Part shown: positions 26,101 through 33,411 of the stretch, piece by piece | Position numbering within the stretch: the stretch's first letter is position 1 | How the letters are laid out: every line of letters begins with the position of its first letter | NCBI GenBank assembly: GCA_002070955.1 | Contig: MWEK01000005.1 | Span: 82,128-146,127 of the forward strand | DNA: 64,000 nucleotides | Source of the DNA: Planctomycetes bacterium ADurb.Bin069 | GTDB taxonomy: Bacteria; Planctomycetota; UBA8108; UBA8890; UBA8898 | Direction of reading: 5' to 3' | The notes under the pieces: generated by a model | The model's input: only the letters and a program-made list of their open reading frames with translations | The model's database searches: none | What the model was told of the DNA's origin: nothing | Position numbers and translations under genes: made by a program

Positions 26101-27331
26101 TCTGGTGCGCGACCGTGGTCAGCTCTTGGTTCGCGAGGAACCAGCCCTGCGGCGCTTCGCGCACGAGTCCGCCCTGCCGCGCCTCGCTCAGGAGATCGTC
26201 CAGAACGGGCCGTCCCATGATGCGGTCGAGCAGGGCCTCGCTCACGGGGCGCCGGGAGAGCGCGAGGACGGAAACCAAGCTCCTGAGCGCGGGGCTCAGC
26301 CGCAGCACGAAGGCGCGGACGATGCCGTCGGCGGCCAGTTGCTCGGCGCGGGCGACGGCCCCGTCGGCGCCGGTCTCGGTCACGTCCGCCTCGCACAACC
26401 GGAGCAGCACCCGGCACCTGAGGGGATTGCCTCGGGAAAGCGCCAGAAAGCGCGTCAGGTTTCCGTTCGAAAGCTTGCGCCACGGCGAGGCCGAAAGCAG
26501 CCGCTGGCACTGAGCGCGATCCGCTTCGGGAAGGTCCATGACCGTGACGAAGGGCTCCTCCAGGAGGCCGGCCAGCGCCTTGGCGTGCGGATCGTCGCCG
26601 TCCCCGACGGGAGCGGCCGAAACGATGACGAGCAGTCTGGGCCTGTCGGCCTGCCCGGGCTCGTTGCGCCGCGCGAAGGCCGCGGTATGCGTCTTCCGGA
26701 GCGCGCGGCCGAGGAATCCGAGGAACTCAGGCACGAGCGGGTCGGCGCAGTTCAGGTCGTCGATGAAGATGGCGAAAGGCTCCTCGCGGGCCAGGTCAGT
26801 GAGGAAGCTCGCGAGGGCCGCGAAGAAGGTCGGCTTCTCGACCGGATCGCCGGCGGCGTCGTCCCCTCCGGAGGAGCAGATCGGCCCCAGCCCCCAAGCG
26901 TAACGTTCTAGGACGTGTTCGACCCCCTGACGGGAAGCGCGCAGCGCGGCCGTCAGGTCGTGGAACACGTGCAGCGGGTCGGTCCAGCCTTCATGACAGC
27001 GCAGAAAGAAACTCTTGACGTTGAGGCCGGCGGCGACCCGTTCCAAGACGGTCGTCTTTCCCGCTCCGGTGTCCCCGCGGACGACGAACAGCGCCGGCGT
27101 CCCGGAGCGCTCGTCGGGTTCGGGCGCGCCCTTGGCCTTCTTGGCCTCGGAGTCCTTGGCCGTCGCTTGGGAGCCTTCCCCGCGCCGCTTGCCCGCAAGG
27201 ACCATCTCCGCGAGGGTAAGAAGGCGCTCGATCTGGGGCTCGAAGATGATCGGGGGAGGCGCGGCGGACTGCTCGGTCTGATTGGAGGAAGCCTGCGCGA
27301 CGGCGACGTTGCGAGTTTCGCTTGGCGGCAT
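23162..27331 (-). CDS. Large STAND-type regulator: P-loop NTPase (AAA_16-like) + TPR array + GAF + degenerate GGDEF-like region + Fis-type HTH
   Basis: ORF 23162..27529(-). Start moved to ATG 27331 (MPPSETRN). Walker A GDTGAGKTT and Walker B FAIFIDDLN. It has many TPR-like A..Y/L..A repeats. GAF-like LDLVKADRGFLA...VLLPIMNGTEVMGVLYGD. C-terminal ITRAAEALGIHRPQLSQLIRKH. Confidence 0.8.
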   Translation of the reverse strand: MPPSETRNVAVAQASSNQTEQSAAPPPIIFEPQIERLLTLAEMVLAGKRRGEGSQATAKDSEAKKAKGAPEPDERSGTPALFVVRGDTGAGKTTVLERVAAGLNVKSFFLRCHEGWTDPLHVFHDLTAALRASRQGVEHVLERYAWGLGPICSSGGDDAAGDPVEKPTFFAALASFLTDLAREEPFAIFIDDLNCADPLVPEFLGFLGRALRKTHTAAFARRNEPGQADRPRLLVIVSAAPVGDGDDPHAKALAGLLEEPFVTVMDLPEADRAQCQRLLSASPWRKLSNGNLTRFLALSRGNPLRCRVLLRLCEADVTETGADGAVARAEQLAADGIVRAFVLRLSPALRSLVSVLALSRRPVSEALLDRIMGRPVLDDLLSEARQGGLVREAPQGWFLANQELTTVAHQILTPSERALWHDRIAASIAAEGPRDHPSLSYALCQHLVSGGTPHAAITPGLRAAEFLARHFAFQRALVVLYNLLGILRTAPPCDVTPAEVTGKIIAIEEHIGRTEAAKRNLKMLLFEPGDPSLGDEKRAELYGRLARLYMAAGRHSKALRMAARGFAKKLPEQSLARLWETIAVVHLDRNDSKKALNYCLRGLSYAKGEDAAMARADLRQLLARIYRARGAYALAIESLLQALETVEQAAGEYAARTILDELGALYLAQGNHFRAARYIYRSLDAKRAARDFPGMAASYAALGEVYSRSGNFAKAIEEQRKAAEANELLGDWGGLGRDLINAGNAYRSLGGIGDAVACYRSAIGVAEKSGRTADLVSAFMALGETHFFLGDIRQAEAYLRQVQILAQEFKLRVFEARSEQLAGAIATLHREWDEAAKHLQKASDLFAGLGMKYEETDARLDLAYTYYDRELFDEALKAAGKAQASADELRAPLLQARALQIKGFVYRLSETGVPGKWREYLDRALEIARSVADVGLHFEILYSLGKAYHFEQSHEEAERWYRKAGDILDRVAASLTEEEALRFWADKRRKLFKEDYDRLRREFGARAPSSAGREKTNDGRSESLNPAAYQDLLSKVGHLAAATTHANFYVQMLGLGLDLVKADRGFLAETTATGWQYVAYRGLRPETLTGRLSYAEILVNEALRRRTVFITTGKEEEEKFGSRAALAEFRDREAVLLPIMNGTEVMGVLYGDQTIDGDGGFPPWTREILEQFQIHAGAAWRNRRTFLTATTWPGTPFLVEPYFTQVVREAQAQEARGGKPFALLGLRLPFPLGDLAPHHARNLQYALGRDIPAGVLGDSTLVALLRVDATPKETEASVNSLLAGLRRLLPLKQHLWYRPEDPAGNPRELLQHLKHALNPAAGLADEIQDLAGCEVSLRDAKQILEKHIIMRTLRHAKGNITRAAEALGIHRPQLSQLIRKHELRKEAFL

Positions 27332-27400
27332 AGAGTCCTTTTTTTCTTCTCCTCTTCGGCGCTCACCCGCGTTTCCGAATCGAATCCGGACGGCGGGAGG

Positions 27401-27439
27401 TCGAACCGTATATCTTAGTGACGGTTCGAAGGTTGTCAA
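27401..27439 (-). promoter_or_regulatory. Putative promoter of the STAND regulator with overlapping perfect palindrome (candidate operator)
   Basis: Minus strand reads TTGACA (27439-27434), 16 nt, TAAGAT (27417-27412). A perfect 9-bp inverted repeat TCGAACCGT / ACGGTTCGA (27401-27409 / 27421-27429, 11-nt spacer) brackets the -10. Confidence 0.4.
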
Positions 27440-27529
27440 TGGATAGTCTCGACTTTTTAATGCGGGGACTTTTGGGGAGGTAAGTCGTTGATTTAGATCG
27501 TGTTGTGTTTTATCGGACGCGCGTAACAA

Positions 27530-28849
27530 TCAATTACGCCGCAGGAGGTCCCGCACGGTCAGGTCACCGAGGGCATTGCCGACGCCGTTCTCGAGCATGC
27601 GCAGCAAGTCATTGACGGTTTCGTCTCGGAAGCAATCGCCGCCGCCCGCCGGCGCGATGCCCGCCCCCAGCAGGTCGCGCAGCAGGATCCTGTCCGAATC
27701 GCGGGAAAGATAATACATGTCCTCGTCGGCCAGCGATGGATGGAAGTAGCGCGGAACGAAGGGATCGAGCGCCTGTGGAATGATCTCACGCGGACAGGAC
27801 CAACGCTCGGCGATCTGGTCGATGGTCGGCGGGGCGAGCCCGTCGGCCGCGGCGCGGGCAAGCTGGATGGCCGCGGCGGCGGCCACCAGACCCGGAGGAG
27901 CCTGGAACTGCGCGGCTCGCGCCGCCAGGCGCGCGAACGCCTCGCGCGGGTTCTGGACCGTGAAGCTCAACTGGGCTCCCAGGAGAATCACGGCCCACGC
28001 GACGTACAACCAGACCAGGAACACGGCGATGGCGCCGAGGGATCCGTAGAGACTGAAGGTGATCGCGCGGGGAACGGTATAGCTCATCCACGCCTTCGCG
28101 AGTTCCCAGAAGAGCCCGGCCAGCGCCGCGCCGGCCAGGGCGGGCGCCAGCCTGACCCGCGTTGCCGGGAGGAGAAGGTACAGTAGGAAGAAGGCGAAGG
28201 CGGCGACGAGGACCGGAAGGCAGAGGCCGTAGAGCGTGCGGAAAAAGACGCTGGCCTGGATAAGTTCGGCGATGACCTCCTGGCTTTCGAACCGGCTCTT
28301 GAGGAAGGATGAAAGCGCCAACAGAAAAGGGCTCGCCGTCAGCACCGACCAGAACACCATGAAACGCTGCAGGCGCGAGCGCTTGCGCGCGGTCCGCCAG
28401 ATGAAATTGAAGGCCCGCTCGCTGGCCTCGAGCAGCCACACGGCGGTGAAGATGAGGGCGCCGACGGCGAACACGAAGAGCGGCGTCCCGGAGCGGGTCG
28501 ACAGCGGATCCTTCTCCACCTCGCCGAGCCAGCCGGACAGGTCCTGCTTGAACGTGCCCTCGACCAAGTTGTCCAGGATGCCCTGGCGGAACTCGCTCCA
28601 GTAGGCTTGGAGACCGAAGGCTTTCATGAAGAAGACGAGGAGCACGCCCGCCGGGATCATCGAGACGATCGTTACGAACGCGAGCCCCGTGGCCTGCTCG
28701 AAGGAGCGGTCGCGCACGAACTTGCGGCAGGCCGATACGAGCGGCCGCGCCGGGCGGAGCGCTAAGCGCCATGCCGCCGGTAAAACGGCGTGGTCCTCGC
28801 CGTTCATGAAACGGACGGTTTCCTTCCAGATGGTCGTGCGCGGAGTCAT
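27530..28849 (-). CDS. YihY/BrkB-family inner-membrane protein with C-terminal cytoplasmic extension
   Basis: ORF 27530..28849(-). FVRDRSFEQATGLAFVTIVSMIPAGVLL is the family N-terminal signature. Multiple hydrophobic helices. Confidence 0.8.
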   Translation of the reverse strand: MTPRTTIWKETVRFMNGEDHAVLPAAWRLALRPARPLVSACRKFVRDRSFEQATGLAFVTIVSMIPAGVLLVFFMKAFGLQAYWSEFRQGILDNLVEGTFKQDLSGWLGEVEKDPLSTRSGTPLFVFAVGALIFTAVWLLEASERAFNFIWRTARKRSRLQRFMVFWSVLTASPFLLALSSFLKSRFESQEVIAELIQASVFFRTLYGLCLPVLVAAFAFFLLYLLLPATRVRLAPALAGAALAGLFWELAKAWMSYTVPRAITFSLYGSLGAIAVFLVWLYVAWAVILLGAQLSFTVQNPREAFARLAARAAQFQAPPGLVAAAAAIQLARAAADGLAPPTIDQIAERWSCPREIIPQALDPFVPRYFHPSLADEDMYYLSRDSDRILLRDLLGAGIAPAGGGDCFRDETVNDLLRMLENGVGNALGDLTVRDLLRRN

Positions 28850-28900
28850 TGCAGCGCTCGGCGTTCCCGCGGCCGGCCTCCGAGGTTACGAATCGTCGGC

Positions 28901-28937
28901 AAAAAAAAGCTCCTCACCGTCCCTACTCGATGAGGAG
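28901..28937 (-). terminator. Orphan intrinsic terminator on the minus strand, 52 nt upstream of the yihY start
   Basis: Minus strand reads CTCCTCATCG-agtaggga-CGGTGAGGAG (10 bp including one G.U), then C and TTTTTTTT (A-run 28901-28908 on plus). No annotated minus-strand gene lies upstream of it. Confidence 0.6.
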
Positions 28938-29453
28938 GTTGTTTGGGTCTGAAATAAACGAGGAAAAAGGAGGAACCTACCGTTTGGAGCGTAGGGATAG
29001 GTAGGTTGGAGTTGCCGTGTCTTGTTGCCCCATCGATTACTCTATCGGTCTTCACTCCTCTTCTTTTAAAATCCGAACCCGGCGCCCCGCGAATCGAGCG
29101 CGCGAGGACCAGTGAACGTAACCTATTAGGACACATAGGGTAACGTGGCCGCGGCCAATGCGCAAGTGAAAAATCGGAGCGCGCGCGCAGGGGTTCGGCG
29201 TTCATAAAGTTTGGTAGTGTTTATACTTACGATGTCAGCGCTGTATGATTAACACAAAATTAATCTCGTTTCCGGTTGCCGGCGCGCGCGGGGGCGCGCT
29301 CCGGCCGCAGAAACCCCGGCGGCGAAAGAGGATGGGGCGGGAGGCTTTCGGGTCCCATGCCAACGCGCCGGCCGGGATAGGGCTTTCGGCGCGTGGTTGG
29401 AGTTGCGTCCGCCCAGGGAGTACAATCCCCTCAGGCTTCCCGGGGGAGCAAGA

Positions 29454-30062
29454 TTGAATAGCGAGCTCGATCGGAACGTCCAAACGGATGGCGCGGCGAC
29501 GGGCGCGGACGCGTTTCTCCGCGACCGCGAGGACGAACGCCTGGTGCTTCAGTTCCTGGCCGGCAGGAGGGAAGCCGTCGGCGATTTGTTCCGGAGGCAC
29601 CGCGACGGAGTCTTCAGGATTGCGTACCGGTTCACGGGCAACCGCGATGATGCCCTCGAGATCACCCAGGACGTGTTCATGAAGCTGATCGAACACCTCG
29701 GAGGATTCCGGCAAGGTTCGCGGTTTTCCACTTGGCTTTACCGGGTGAGCGTGAATCAGACGCTCGACTTCCTGCGGCGGCGGGCGCGGCTCGCGGCCGC
29801 CCCGTTGAGCGCGCCGCCCGCGCGGGCGGCGGCGGGCGCGGCGGATCCCGCGCGCAGCGCGGAGCGGGCCGAATTGCGCGAGCGTCTCAAGGCGGCCCTC
29901 GGAAAGCTGAGCGAGAAGCACAGAACCGCCGTGGTCCTGCACGGCGTCGAGCAGTTGTCGTACAAGGAGATCGCGGAGATCACCGGCGTCTCGACCGGGA
30001 CGGTGATGTCGAGGCTTTTCTACGCGCGTAAACGTCTGGCGGAGTTGCTGGGTGACCGATGA
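29454..30062 (+). CDS. ECF-type sigma-70 family RNA polymerase sigma factor
   Basis: ORF 29397..30062(+). Region 2 is DDALEITQDVFMKL...FSTWLYRVSVN. Region 4 is LSYKEIAEITGVSTGTVMSRLFYARKRL. There is no ATG. TTG 29454 is preferred (GGGGGAG 5 nt upstream; candidate TTGGAG-18-TACAAT promoter at 29397-29426). The alternative start is 29397. Confidence 0.75.
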   Translation: MNSELDRNVQTDGAATGADAFLRDREDERLVLQFLAGRREAVGDLFRRHRDGVFRIAYRFTGNRDDALEITQDVFMKLIEHLGGFRQGSRFSTWLYRVSVNQTLDFLRRRARLAAAPLSAPPARAAAGAADPARSAERAELRERLKAALGKLSEKHRTAVVLHGVEQLSYKEIAEITGVSTGTVMSRLFYARKRLAELLGDR

Positions 30063-30502
30063 ACACGAACGACTGCAGCCTTATTGAGCCCCTCCTCGCG
30101 GCCTATCTGGACGGCGAGCTGGCGCCGGCCGCCGCCGAGCGTCTCGACGTGCATCTGGCGGCCTGCGAGGGCTGCCGGACCGTGCTCGGCGAGCTGGCCG
30201 AGGTCGATCGCCTGCTCGGGGACGATGCGATCCCCGTGCCGACCGGACAAGAATGGGCGGCGGTGGAATGGAGGCTCCTCGCGCGCACGCGGCGCGTCTT
30301 CGCGGGCCGTCTCGTCCGAACCTGCGCCCTGGCGGCGGCGGCGGTCGCGCTGCTCGGGGCGCTCGCATGGCTCGCGGTCCGGGTCTTCCCGCCGGCCGGA
30401 ACGGTGGACGGTCCCGGCGCCTACACCGCCCAGGGCGGGAAGACGCCGGCGGGAGACGAGGAGACGCTGGGAATCTCGGTGGAGCACGTCGAGCGCTTCT
30501 GA
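30059..30502 (+). CDS. Anti-sigma factor, zf-HC2 type, single-pass membrane
   Basis: ORF 30059..30502(+). HLAACEGCRTV is the HxxxCxxC motif. TM segment is CALAAAAVALLGALAWLAV. ATGA overlap with the sigma gene stop. Confidence 0.75.
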   Translation: MNTNDCSLIEPLLAAYLDGELAPAAAERLDVHLAACEGCRTVLGELAEVDRLLGDDAIPVPTGQEWAAVEWRLLARTRRVFAGRLVRTCALAAAAVALLGALAWLAVRVFPPAGTVDGPGAYTAQGGKTPAGDEETLGISVEHVERF

Positions 30503-30525
30503 CCGGCGCGGCGCGCCGGCGCCCG

Positions 30526-30708
30526 TCAGTGCGCCTCGGCGGGGAAAAGCAGCACCACGGCGAGCATGATGAGCGCGGCGAGGATGATCCGAAGGGCGTA
30601 CCTCCACACCGTTCGCGCGAAAGGCGGGCCTGCCTCCGGCGGCGGCTCCGCGCGCGGCGGCGCCGGCGCCTCGCGCAGTACGGGTTCCTGCACCCTCACG
30701 ATCTCCAT
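30526..30708 (-). CDS. Small hypothetical membrane protein (60 aa)
   Basis: ORF 30526..30708(-). It has strong G/C third-position bias consistent with coding and a C-terminal TM helix (YALRIILAALIMLAVVLLF). It lies 60 nt downstream of uvrC on the same strand. Confidence 0.35.
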   Translation of the reverse strand: MEIVRVQEPVLREAPAPPRAEPPPEAGPPFARTVWRYALRIILAALIMLAVVLLFPAEAH

Positions 30709-30768
30709 GCCGTGAATATCGGCCGATGACGGCTTTGCTCTGAATCACGTCTGCCGCGGCGCCCGGGT

Positions 30769-32628
30769 TCACCGCGGGTCGGACGGGGTCTCCCGGCGCA
30801 GAAACTCGCACAGCGCCGCCGCCGCGGGCGCGGGGATTCCGCCCCGAGCCGCGAGCTCCTCGGCGGAGAGGGCGCGCATCTCCTTGAAGCCGCCGATGCG
30901 CTCGAAGAGGGCGCGGATGCGCTTCGGGCCCAGGCCGGGCACGCTCCGGAGGCCGCCGGTCAGGGCGTGCGCGCCCCTGAGCTTGCGGTGGTGCGCGATG
31001 GCGACCCGGTGGGCCTCGTCGCGCAGCGCTTGCAGGAGCTGCGAGGCGGGCGAGTCCTCGGGCAGCGTCAGGGGGGCGGACGAGCCGGGGAGGAAGATGC
31101 GCTCCGCGGTGCGCGCCCCTCCCGCGCGCCGGCTCTTGGCGATCCCCGCAAGGGGGAGCGCGCCGCGTCCCGCGGCGGCGATGGCCTCGGCGGCGCGGGC
31201 GACCTGCCCCGCGCCGCCATCGACGACGATGAGATCGGGTAGGGGGTCGTCGCCCGCCAGGCGGCGCGAGAGCGCTTCGGCGAGCATGGCGAAATCATCC
31301 ATGCCGCCGGCGTGTCTGATGCGGAAGCGGCGGTAGCGGTCCGGCGCGGGCTCGCCGTCCAACATGACCGTCATGGACGCGGTGGCCTGGGCGCCCCCGG
31401 TCGTCGAGACGTCGAAGCACTCGATGCGCCGGGGCGGTCCGGGCAGCCCCAAGGCCTTCCCGAGTTCCGCCAGGGCTTCGGCGCGGCGCTCCGCGCGCAG
31501 GGCGGCGCCGCGCGCGGCCTCCGCCGCGTTCCGCGACGCGAGTTCCCGCAGGCCGCGGCGCTCGGCGCGCGTGCCCAGCAGGAAGCGCACCCGGCCGCCG
31601 CGCCGCTCTCGCAGGAAGGTCTCCAGCGCGAGACGGTCGTCGGGCATGAGCGGGACGATGATCTCGGGGGGGATGTCGCGCCCGGCGAGGTAGAACTGCA
31701 TGATAAAGCTGCGCAGAGCCTCGGCCAGCGGCAGCGTGGTCCGTAGATGGAACGGTGCCGCGTCCAGGACGCGTCCGCCGCGCACGAAAAGCGGCTGCAC
31801 CGTCACGCGCCGGCCCTCGGCGCAGACGCCGAAGACATCCATGTCGTCGAGGTTGAGGTCCTGGGCCGCCTGCCGCTCGCGCGCGTGCTCGAGGGCCTGA
31901 ATGCGGTCGCGCAGCACCGCGGCGCGCTCGTAGCGCAGTTCGCGGGCCGCCGCCGCCATCTCGCGCCGGAGGCGCGCGAGGACGCCGCCGGTCTTGCCGC
32001 GCAGGAATTGGAGCACCTCGCCCACCTGGCGGCGATACTCCTCGCGCGTGACGCGGCCCGTGCACGGCGCCGAGCAGCGGCCGATCTCGTGCTGGATGCA
32101 GGGCCGCGTGCGCCCGCGGAAGAAGCCCGGCGAGCAGGTCCTGAGGGTGAACACCCGTTTGATGACCCTGAGCAGCTCGCGAACCGCGCGCGCGGAGGCG
32201 AAGGGCCCGAAGTACACCGCGCCGTCGTCGCTCGTGCGGCGCACGGCCATGACGCGAGGCCATTCCTCGGCCACCGTGATCTTGAGGCTCAGATAGGTCT
32301 TGTCGTCCTTGAGGCGGACGTTGTACGGCGGGCGGTACTTCTTGATGAGGTTGTTTTCCAGGATCAACGCCTCGGACTCGCTCGCGGTGAGGAAGTAGGC
32401 CACATCGGCGACCTTGGAGAGGAGCGGCGGGAGCAAGGCGCGCGGGTCGCGTTGCGCCTGGAAATAGCCGCGCACCCGCCGGCGGAGGCTGCGGGCCTTG
32501 CCGATGTAGAGCACCTTCCCCGCCGCGTCGCGCATGAGGTAGACGCCGGGCGCATCGGGAAACGCGCCCGCCGCCTCCCGCAGGGTCTCGACGCGGGCGG
32601 CGGCGTCAGGGTTCGGCGGTGCGGACAT
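30769..32628 (-). CDS. uvrC: Excinuclease ABC subunit C
   Basis: ORF 30769..32766(-). Start moved to ATG 32628 (MSAPPNPD...PGVYLMRDAAGKVLYIGKARSLRRRV, GIY-YIG). Also has the UVR domain, the RNase H-like endonuclease region and a C-terminal HhH (GLGPKRIRALFERIG). Confidence 0.9.
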   Translation of the reverse strand: MSAPPNPDAAARVETLREAAGAFPDAPGVYLMRDAAGKVLYIGKARSLRRRVRGYFQAQRDPRALLPPLLSKVADVAYFLTASESEALILENNLIKKYRPPYNVRLKDDKTYLSLKITVAEEWPRVMAVRRTSDDGAVYFGPFASARAVRELLRVIKRVFTLRTCSPGFFRGRTRPCIQHEIGRCSAPCTGRVTREEYRRQVGEVLQFLRGKTGGVLARLRREMAAAARELRYERAAVLRDRIQALEHARERQAAQDLNLDDMDVFGVCAEGRRVTVQPLFVRGGRVLDAAPFHLRTTLPLAEALRSFIMQFYLAGRDIPPEIIVPLMPDDRLALETFLRERRGGRVRFLLGTRAERRGLRELASRNAAEAARGAALRAERRAEALAELGKALGLPGPPRRIECFDVSTTGGAQATASMTVMLDGEPAPDRYRRFRIRHAGGMDDFAMLAEALSRRLAGDDPLPDLIVVDGGAGQVARAAEAIAAAGRGALPLAGIAKSRRAGGARTAERIFLPGSSAPLTLPEDSPASQLLQALRDEAHRVAIAHHRKLRGAHALTGGLRSVPGLGPKRIRALFERIGGFKEMRALSAEELAARGGIPAPAAAALCEFLRRETPSDPR

Positions 32629-33310
32629 ACACCAGGGCGTAGATCGCGCGGCCCTGCGCGCGCCATTTGCGCTCGTAGAGCGTTTCGTGGGAGAGCGCAT
32701 CCTCGCAGGGCGCAAAACAGCCCGGCCCATGTTCGTTGCGCAGGAAGGGCGTTTTCTCCAGCACATCGAGCATCCGACGGCTGTAGTCCGGGTCGTCGGT
32801 CTTCAGGAAGATCCGGCCGCCCGGGACCAGGCGCGAGGCGAGCAGCCGCACCGAGGGGCTGCTCACGAGGCGCTTGTCCTCGTGGCGCTTCTTGGGCCAG
32901 GGATCCGGAAAGAGGACGTAGAAGGACTCGACCGATTCGGCGGGCAGCAGGCGCGCGATGCATTGCAACGCCTCGCTGCGCACGAGCCTGACATTCGCCG
33001 CGCCGGCGCGCTCGATCTTGCGCGCCAGGCGCTCCACGCGATCGCGGGAACACTCGAACCCGAGAATCAGGCGGTCGGGAAACCGCCGGCTGAGTTCCAG
33101 GAGCAGCGTGTCGCGGCCGGCGCCGATCTCGACGTGGAAGAGCCCGGCCGCGCCGTACACCGACGGCCAGTCCTCGGGGCCGCGCAGGGCGTCGAGGGGG
33201 ACCTCGATCGCCGCTGCGCCGCGGATCGCATCGCGGGCGGCAAGCAGCGCGCCGGCGGCGCGCTCCGCGCCGGAACGACACGCCGTGATGTCGCGCGGAT
33301 TTTCGTCCAT
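32606..33310 (-). CDS. trmB: tRNA (guanine46-N7)-methyltransferase
   Basis: ORF 32606..33310(-). Motifs HVEIGAGRDTLLLELS, FPDPWPKKRHEDKRL and IFLKTDD. Confidence 0.85.
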   Translation of the reverse strand: MDENPRDITACRSGAERAAGALLAARDAIRGAAAIEVPLDALRGPEDWPSVYGAAGLFHVEIGAGRDTLLLELSRRFPDRLILGFECSRDRVERLARKIERAGAANVRLVRSEALQCIARLLPAESVESFYVLFPDPWPKKRHEDKRLVSSPSVRLLASRLVPGGRIFLKTDDPDYSRRMLDVLEKTPFLRNEHGPGCFAPCEDALSHETLYERKWRAQGRAIYALVYVRTAEP

Positions 33311-33411
33311 GGTCCACCTGCCGGAAGCCTACCGGCATTGTATCACCGCCCCGCGCCGGGATCTCCAAAAATCCGGCGGGACGAGCGCCGGCGGCTCCGG
33401 GGCGCGGGACG

